Below, piece after piece: positions 1 through 5,645 of a stretch of DNA of 10,249 bases (position 1 is its first letter; each line of letters starts with the position of its first letter). This DNA comes from Candidatus Krumholzibacteriia bacterium (GTDB lineage Bacteria; Krumholzibacteriota; Krumholzibacteriia; WVZY01). The position numbers were made by a program, and so were the translations under genes. The stretch covers positions 1 to 10,249 of the forward strand of contig JBHHVD010000099.1 in the NCBI GenBank assembly GCA_046754105.1, read 5' to 3'. A model generated the notes under the pieces. It was given only the letters and a program-made list of their open reading frames with translations. It made no database searches and was not told the origin of the DNA.

Positions 1-267
1 CGCGGCCTGAAGGCCAACAAAAACTTCCTTCCCCTGCTGGAGCTGGACGCCGCCTGGCATCTGTTTCAGGGCCACACTCGCGACTACGCCAAAGCCGTGG
101 CCGAGATCGAAAAGATCAACCCGTCCGACGCCGACTTCTACGAGATGCTGGGTGACGTCGCCGTCACCCGCCGCCTGCTGGACGAAGCCATCGGCTACTA
201 CCGCCGCTCCGTCGAGCTGAATCCCCGCCAGTGGTCGGCGCTCGGCTCGCTGGGCATCAACCTGCTC
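1..267 (+). other. TPR-repeat coding segment (two full 34-aa units plus the start of a third)
   Basis: 130-231 encodes [34 protein letters not shown] (34 aa; TPR consensus Y4, L7, G8, A20, Y24, P32). 28-129 is a more degenerate 34-aa unit (A8, G15, P32). 232-267 ([13 protein letters not shown]7, G8) starts a third unit that then breaks off. Confidence 0.8.
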
Positions 268-1149
268 GACCGCGCCGAGGCCGTGCGGCGCATCGTGCGC
301 AGGCCGCCGGACGCGCACAAGTACCAGGCGGGAACGGTGCTGCTCGTGGCGGGGAGCCGGGAGTACAGCGGTGCGGCGCTGCTGGCAGCGGAGGCGGCGC
401 TGAGAAGTGGTTGCGGAATGGTGTACGTGGCGGCGCCGGAGAGCATTCGGCCGGTCATTCAGGGCGGTATTCGCGAGGCGATCGTCGTGCCGCTGCCCGA
501 AACGCCGCAGGGCGCGATTGGCGACGGCGCCCTGCCGGCTCTGCAGGGGCACATCGACAAGAGCGACGTGGTTGCCGTCGGTCCGGGACTCGGTCGGGAG
601 GAAGCGACCGCCTCCTTTATACGGGACCTGGTCTCGACGAGCCCCAAGCCGCTGGTGGTGGACGCGGACGGGATCAGCGCCTTCGCCGGAGAGCCGGAGC
701 GGCTGGCCGGGCTGGGGCCGCCCGTTGTCCTGACGCCTCATAGCGGCGAGCTGCGGCGGCTTCTGGGCTCGGACGTTCCCGGCGACCCGCTGGGAAGAAT
801 CGAAATGACCCGAGACACCGCAACAAAACTGGGGCTCACCCTGGTGCACAAGGGCGCGCCGACCCTCGTCGCCTCGGCGGACGGGGATGTGTGGATCAAC
901 CACGAGGGGAATTCGGCGCTGGCGACGGCGGGAACGGGGGACGTTCTGACCGGCATGGTGGCCGGTTTGCAGGCCCAGGGGGCGTCGGAACTTTCCGCGG
1001 CGGCCGTCGCATGCTACTTGCACGGACGAGCCGGGGAACTCGCCTCGCGGACGGTGGGTCTCAGGGGGGTCATCGCCGGAGATCTCCTCCGCTGGCTGGG
1101 CCAGGCCGTGCGCGAGCTGGAAAACCTCTTGCCGGGCCCGCCGGAATAG
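1..1149 (+). CDS. nnrD: 5'-truncated ORF: TPR repeats fused in frame to an ADP/ATP-dependent NAD(P)H-hydrate dehydratase (NnrD/YjeF C-terminal domain)
   Basis: Frame +1 is open from base 1, so the GTG at 97 is probably not the true start; stop is TAG at 1147-1149. From about 270 onward the YjeF-C motifs appear in order: [70 protein letters not shown]. No NnrE (YjeF-N) domain is visible. Confidence 0.88.
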   Translation, partial: RGLKANKNFLPLLELDAAWHLFQGHTRDYAKAVAEIEKINPSDADFYEMLGDVAVTRRLLDEAIGYYRRSVELNPRQWSALGSLGINLLDRAEAVRRIVRRPPDAHKYQAGTVLLVAGSREYSGAALLAAEAALRSGCGMVYVAAPESIRPVIQGGIREAIVVPLPETPQGAIGDGALPALQGHIDKSDVVAVGPGLGREEATASFIRDLVSTSPKPLVVDADGISAFAGEPERLAGLGPPVVLTPHSGELRRLLGSDVPGDPLGRIEMTRDTATKLGLTLVHKGAPTLVASADGDVWINHEGNSALATAGTGDVLTGMVAGLQAQGASELSAAAVACYLHGRAGELASRTVGLRGVIAGDLLRWLGQAVRELENLLPGPPE

Positions 1150-1167
1150 CCGCCGCAGAGAGGATTG

Positions 1168-1196
1168 TTGACAGGCCGGGCACATTCGGTTACAAC
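1168..1196 (+). promoter_or_regulatory. Putative sigma70-type promoter of glnA
   Basis: Perfect -35 TTGACA (1168-1173), 17-bp spacer, -10-like TACAAC (1191-1196), then an AT-rich patch. It lies in the nnrD-glnA intergenic gap. Confidence 0.6.
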
Positions 1197-1280
1197 GTAT
1201 GTTTTAATTCGCCGCGGACGTCGTTTGCGACGGCAACCCCCACGCGCTTCGGCCAGGATTCGAAGGATGGTGCGTCCAGG

Positions 1281-2702
1281 ATGAAGACAAGAACTCCCCG
1301 GGAACTGATCGACTACGCCAAGGAACAAAAAGCCCTCATTCTCGATCTGAAGTTTCTCGATTTCCCCGGCACGTGGCAGCATTTCAGCGTGCCCATCAAG
1401 GCTCTCGACGAATCCGCTTTCGAGGACGGGTTCGGTTTCGATGGATCGAGCATCCGCGGCTGGCGCAACATCAATGAGAGCGACATGCTGGTAATCCCGG
1501 ACGCCGGCACGGCATTCATGGATCCGTTTTCCCGCCAGGCGACGCTCAGCATTATATGCGACGTCTTCGATCCGATCACGAGGGAGCGGTACAGTCGCGA
1601 CCCGCGCGGCGTGGCGTCGCGGGCCGAAAACTACCTGAAAAGCACCGGTATCGCAGACACGGCAAGTTTCGGTCCGGAGGCGGAATTCTTTATTTTCGAC
1701 GACGTCAGATTCGACCAGAAAGAGAACATGGGTTTTTACTACCTGGACTCGCAGGAGGGCAGCTGGAACTCGGGCCGCGACGAGGAACCCAACCTCGCCT
1801 ACAAGCCGCGTTACAAGGAGGGCTATTTCCCGGTGCCGCCCACCGATTCCTTCCAGGATCTCCGTTCCGAGATGATGCTCACCCTGATAGACCTCGGGTG
1901 CGACGTGGAGACCCAGCACCACGAAGTAGCGACCGCCGGGCAGGCGGAGATCGATCTGCGGTTCGACACGCTGACGCGCATGGGTGACAAGCTCATGATC
2001 TACAAGTACGTCGTTCGGAACGTCGCGAGAAAACACGGCAAGACGGTGACCTTCATGCCCAAGCCGGTGTACAACGACAACGGCTCGGGCATGCACGTCC
2101 ACCAGAGCCTGTGGAAGAACGATAAGCCTCTCTTTGCCGGCAACGCTTATGCAGGTTTGAGCGAGATGGCACTCTATTACATCGGAGGCGTTCTCAAGCA
2201 TGCCCCGGCGCTCCTCGCCTTTGCGAACCCGACCACGAATTCCTATAAGCGCCTCGTGCCGGGCTTCGAGGCGCCGGTCAATCTCGCGTACTCGCAGCGC
2301 AACCGGAGTGCGGCGATTCGTATTCCGATGTATTCGCCGTCGCCGAGCGCGAAGCGAGTCGAGTTCCGGTGCCCGGATCCGACGTGCAACCCGTATCTCG
2401 CCTTTGCGGCGATGATGATGGCCGGTCTCGACGGCATCGAGAACAAGATTCACCCGGGGGAGCCGCTCGATAAGAACATCTACGATCTGCCGCCGGAGGA
2501 GCTCGCCGCCATCGCCAAGACGCCCGGCTCGCTGGCGGACGCCCTCAAGGCGCTCGAGGACGATCACGATTTTCTCCTGCGCGGCGACGTCTTCGACGAG
2601 GACGTCGTACGAACCTGGATCGAATACAAACGCGAGCGTGAACTCTCGGAACTGGCGCTACGCCCGCATCCCTATGAGTTCTTTCTGTATTTTGACGCGT
2701 AG
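1281..2702 (+). CDS. glnA: Glutamine synthetase type I (GSI-beta, adenylylatable), 473 aa
   Basis: Start reassigned to ATG 1281 ([10 protein letters not shown]...LDLKFLD), with SD-like GGATGGT at 1265-1271. Motifs: [90 protein letters not shown]. Adenylylation loop [10 protein letters not shown] with Tyr codon at 2481-2483. Confidence 0.98.
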   Translation: MKTRTPRELIDYAKEQKALILDLKFLDFPGTWQHFSVPIKALDESAFEDGFGFDGSSIRGWRNINESDMLVIPDAGTAFMDPFSRQATLSIICDVFDPITRERYSRDPRGVASRAENYLKSTGIADTASFGPEAEFFIFDDVRFDQKENMGFYYLDSQEGSWNSGRDEEPNLAYKPRYKEGYFPVPPTDSFQDLRSEMMLTLIDLGCDVETQHHEVATAGQAEIDLRFDTLTRMGDKLMIYKYVVRNVARKHGKTVTFMPKPVYNDNGSGMHVHQSLWKNDKPLFAGNAYAGLSEMALYYIGGVLKHAPALLAFANPTTNSYKRLVPGFEAPVNLAYSQRNRSAAIRIPMYSPSPSAKRVEFRCPDPTCNPYLAFAAMMMAGLDGIENKIHPGEPLDKNIYDLPPEELAAIAKTPGSLADALKALEDDHDFLLRGDVFDEDVVRTWIEYKRERELSELALRPHPYEFFLYFDA

Positions 2703-2718
2703 CGTACTCCGATAACCG

Positions 2719-5373
2719 ATGACCCCACCACCGGAGAAGCCCCGGGGACCCGGCAGGAAATCGCCTCCCGGCGCCGGCCCGTTTCTCGCCGAAAACCACC
2801 GGCCGCTCGGCCGCGAAGAGTTTCTCTCCGTTACCCGCGACTACCTCACGCTGCTGCGCCGGAAAATCATCGACGCCCGCGCTCCCGGCACCCGAGGGAG
2901 AGCCCTCGTTTCAGACTACAGCCGCATCGTGGACACCATCGTCGGCGTCGTTTTTCAGCGAGCCGCCGAGGAGAACGGGCTCACGACAAGAAAAACCGAC
3001 ATTGCGATCATCGGTATGGGCGGCTACGGCCGCGAGGAGCTGGCCCCGTACTCGGACGTTGACATCCTCGTGCTGTGCAAGCGAAAAACCGCCGTGGTCA
3101 AACAAGTCGCCTCATCGTTCGTGCGCCTCATGTGGGACGTGGGGTTCGAGTTGGGACATGCCGTCGAATCAATCATCGAAAGCGAGAGCACGCTGTCGCG
3201 GCACATGGATACGCGAACGGCGCTCTTCGAGAGCCGCTGGGTTTGTGGATCGAGGAAAATCGCCCGGGAGGTCGAGCGGCAGATCAGGAGGCTTCGCCGC
3301 AAGGACCGTGAAGCGTTCGTATCGAGAAAAATCAAGGACGCGATCGGGCGGCACAAGAAGTATTCGAATCGCTACCAGCTCATAGAACCAAACGTAAAGC
3401 TCAGCCCAGGCGGGCTGAGGGACTTCCAGACCCTCGTTTGGTTGGGAATGGTAATGCGGGGCGAGATCGGCTTGTCGGCATTGGCGCGCAGGGGTCTCCT
3501 GCTCCCGGGCGAACAAGAGTCGCTCTCGGACGCGTACGAATTCCTGCTGCGCGTGCGAGTCGAGCTCCACCTGGCCACAGAGTCCAAGCAGGACCAGCTT
3601 ACGGTCGCCATGCAAAAAAAGATAGCAGCACCACTCGGGTATCGGTCGCGGGGCGGGCATCTCGCCGTCGAGCTTTTCATGCGAGATTATTACAATCACA
3701 CGCGAACGGTCTTTCAGATCACTGAGGATATTATCGAGGAACTCCACTACGGCAAGAACATAAGCGTTCTCGTGGGCGGTCGGAGATTGCCGAAGGCGGG
3801 TGGCAAGCTCGCGTTGCGCGTCGACCGGCGCAGGATCCGGATCGCGCCGCTCTACGTGTTCGCCAGGCAGAAGGAAACGGGTCTCCGTCTCGAGCGCCGG
3901 GTGCGGCGACGGTTGGAGACGCTCCTGCAGGAGGACCTTACGGGAAGGAGCGACCGTGCCCGCATGCGAAGATCTTTTCCGGAGCTTCTCGGGGACGGCA
4001 AGAACGTCGCGCTGGTCTTGCGCTCCATGCACGAAACGGGGTTTCTCGGCGCCGTTATTCCCGAGTACAACGAGCTGACCAGTCTCAAACGGTACGATTT
4101 ATACCACCACTATACGGTGGACGAGCACAGCTTCCAGGTCGTGCGCAGCCTCGAGGAGCTTGCGACGACGCGCTCGAAACGGATCGGCGCGTTGTCACGT
4201 ATCTACTCGGAGATCGCCGACAAGCAGGTGCTGTTTCTGACCGCTCTCCTGCACGACATCGGCAAGATCGAGGGCAGGGGACACGCAAAGAAAGGCGCGG
4301 TCCTGTCACGCAAGATACTCGAACGCATGAGGATCAGGCCCGAACAGGTCGAGCAAGCGTCCTTTCTCATCGAGATTCATCTGCTCATGTCGCATTTCAG
4401 CCAGCGCCGAGATCCAGGTGATATCGGCATGCTCAAATCGTTCTGCTCGCGGGTAAAGACGCGGGTCAACCTCAAGTACCTGTGCTTGCTGACGTACGCC
4501 GATCTCAAAGCCACATCGCCGGTCGTTTGGACCGAGTGGAAACGAAGCCTGTTGTGGGCGCTGTATCTCAAGGCGTACCAGTATATGGCGCGTCAAAAGA
4601 AGGAACCGGAGACCGTTTACAAAGCGAGGAAAAAAGAGCTGCTGCGCGCGTTTCCCGCGGGCCGGGAACGGGAGCGCGCACTATCCCACATGGACATGCT
4701 GCCCGGCCGCTACCTTCTGACCATGAGCGCGTCGCAGATCAAGCACCACCTATCGCTCGTTGACGCGCTCGAGCGGGAGCGTTTCGTCGTCGATACGAAA
4801 CGCGGAAAGCGGTCGACACAAGTCACGTTTTGTACGATGGACAAGCCGTTTCGATTGTCGCAGCTCTGCGGCGTGTTGACCCTCAACGACTGCAATATTC
4901 TGTTTGCCAACGCGTTCACCCGCAGCGATGGAAAAGTGCTCGACGTGTTTCGCATCGAGGACGTGACCGGTGACGCAGCCATCGATGAAGAGCGGACGCG
5001 GCGCATTCACGACCACCTCGATGCCGTGCTCAAGGGCAGGCTCGATCTCCGCGCCGCGCTGGACAGGCACCTGCTTAGATGGAAGCGACGCAGGGACGAG
5101 GCGATACCGGTAGGACTCGAGGTGGAGTTCGACAACGACACATCGGCGGAGGTTACGATCGTCGACATTTTTGCGATGGACCGGCCGGGACTGCTGTTCC
5201 GTATCACGCGAGCGCTGTCCGAGGAAGGGTTGACGATCCACCGCGCGAGAATATCGACCGAGGCCAACCGCGCGATCGACTCGTTCGACGTTCACGACAA
5301 ACGGGGCGGCAAGGTCACGGGCGCGCAGGCGCTGCGGAACATCCGCAGCCGGTTGGAAACGGCGCTGGCCTAG
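2719..5373 (+). CDS. glnD: Bifunctional [protein-PII] uridylyltransferase / uridylyl-removing enzyme, 884 aa
   Basis: Nucleotidyltransferase motif GGYGREELAPYSDVDIL, LMWDVGFELGH, EPNVKLSPGGLRD; HD domain YHHYTVDEH...LLHDIGK...HLLMS...LTYAD; two C-terminal ACT domains (DKPFRL...FTRSDGKVLDVF and DRPGLLFRIT...ARIST...AIDSF). Starts 16 bp after the glnA stop, so probably co-transcribed. The Pro-rich first ~25 aa make the exact start less certain. Confidence 0.96.
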   Translation: MTPPPEKPRGPGRKSPPGAGPFLAENHRPLGREEFLSVTRDYLTLLRRKIIDARAPGTRGRALVSDYSRIVDTIVGVVFQRAAEENGLTTRKTDIAIIGMGGYGREELAPYSDVDILVLCKRKTAVVKQVASSFVRLMWDVGFELGHAVESIIESESTLSRHMDTRTALFESRWVCGSRKIAREVERQIRRLRRKDREAFVSRKIKDAIGRHKKYSNRYQLIEPNVKLSPGGLRDFQTLVWLGMVMRGEIGLSALARRGLLLPGEQESLSDAYEFLLRVRVELHLATESKQDQLTVAMQKKIAAPLGYRSRGGHLAVELFMRDYYNHTRTVFQITEDIIEELHYGKNISVLVGGRRLPKAGGKLALRVDRRRIRIAPLYVFARQKETGLRLERRVRRRLETLLQEDLTGRSDRARMRRSFPELLGDGKNVALVLRSMHETGFLGAVIPEYNELTSLKRYDLYHHYTVDEHSFQVVRSLEELATTRSKRIGALSRIYSEIADKQVLFLTALLHDIGKIEGRGHAKKGAVLSRKILERMRIRPEQVEQASFLIEIHLLMSHFSQRRDPGDIGMLKSFCSRVKTRVNLKYLCLLTYADLKATSPVVWTEWKRSLLWALYLKAYQYMARQKKEPETVYKARKKELLRAFPAGRERERALSHMDMLPGRYLLTMSASQIKHHLSLVDALERERFVVDTKRGKRSTQVTFCTMDKPFRLSQLCGVLTLNDCNILFANAFTRSDGKVLDVFRIEDVTGDAAIDEERTRRIHDHLDAVLKGRLDLRAALDRHLLRWKRRRDEAIPVGLEVEFDNDTSAEVTIVDIFAMDRPGLLFRITRALSEEGLTIHRARISTEANRAIDSFDVHDKRGGKVTGAQALRNIRSRLETALA

Positions 5374-5645
5374 CGCTCTCGCGACTCCGCGGTCCGACTC
5401 ACGTCCTGTCAGCGAATACAACCCCCGAGCCGCCCGCTGTCGGATGCGGCTCGGCGTCGTGCGGGCTCGGGGGCTTGTCTCCGTCCCGTCGCCCGCTTCG
5501 CTCAGCTACCGGCCTTGCGGCCGGTGATCTTCGCTCGCTCCTGCGAACGTTCCGTCGACAACCCCCGAGCCCACCCTTGCCATCCGCATCGGGCCACCGG
5601 GGATCCCAGCGAACGTGAGTCGGACCGCGGAGTAGAGAGCGCTAG
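5370..5645. mobile_element. Putative non-autonomous MITE-like element (268 bp, 5374-5641) flanked by duplicated CTAG
   Basis: Perfect 21-bp inverted repeat ACTCCGCGGTCCGACTCACGT (5384-5404 / 5613-5633), plus outer inverted repeat CGCTCTC (5374-5380 / 5635-5641). CTAG at 5370-5373 and 5642-5645. No credible ORF or transposase inside. Confidence 0.68.
5418..5572. repeat. Internal repeats of the element: 14-bp direct repeat with an inverted copy between the two copies, and a central hairpin
   Basis: ACAACCCCCGAGCC at 5418-5431 and 5558-5571; inverted copy GGGCTCGGGGGCTTGTC at 5463-5479; hairpin ACCGGCC-TTGC-GGCCGGT at 5508-5525; CTTCGCTC at 5496-5503 and 5529-5536 on either side of the hairpin. 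Confidence 0.9.

Noticed and set aside
1178..1193. GGGCACATTCGGTTAC as a sigma54 promoter
   Set aside because: GG-N10 is followed by TA rather than the required GC.
891..1280. 130-aa N-terminal extension of GlnA implied by the 603-aa ORF call
   Set aside because: It overlaps nnrD in another frame and crosses the promoter. GS similarity starts at ATG 1281, which gives the normal length of about 470 aa.
1014..2567. 517-aa minus-strand ORF and other long antisense or alternate-frame ORFs (3169-4032, 4750-5421, 6995-8101, 8799-9365)
   Set aside because: Shadow ORFs expected opposite GC-rich genes with biased codons; no recognisable motifs.
2700..2711. TAGCGTACTCCG after glnA resembling the element end (TAGCG-CTCTC-TACTCCG)
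   Set aside because: Two short matches needing a 5-nt gap within a 16-bp spacer; not distinguishable from chance.
4837..4860. First GlnD ACT domain reading DKPFRL instead of DRPGL as loss of glutamine sensing
   Set aside because: This position varies in the first ACT domain of GlnD proteins and the rest of the domain looks normal.
5374..5641. Intergenic element as SRP RNA, tmRNA, RNase P RNA, 6S RNA, tRNA or a CRISPR array
   Set aside because: No SRP domain IV motif, tRNA-like ends or RNase P conserved regions seen by eye. Only two 14-bp direct repeats 140 bp apart and no cas genes. An Rfam scan would settle it.
5374..5641. Classical bidirectional intrinsic terminator between glnD and glnE
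   Set aside because: Stems are present but neither strand has a following U-tract.
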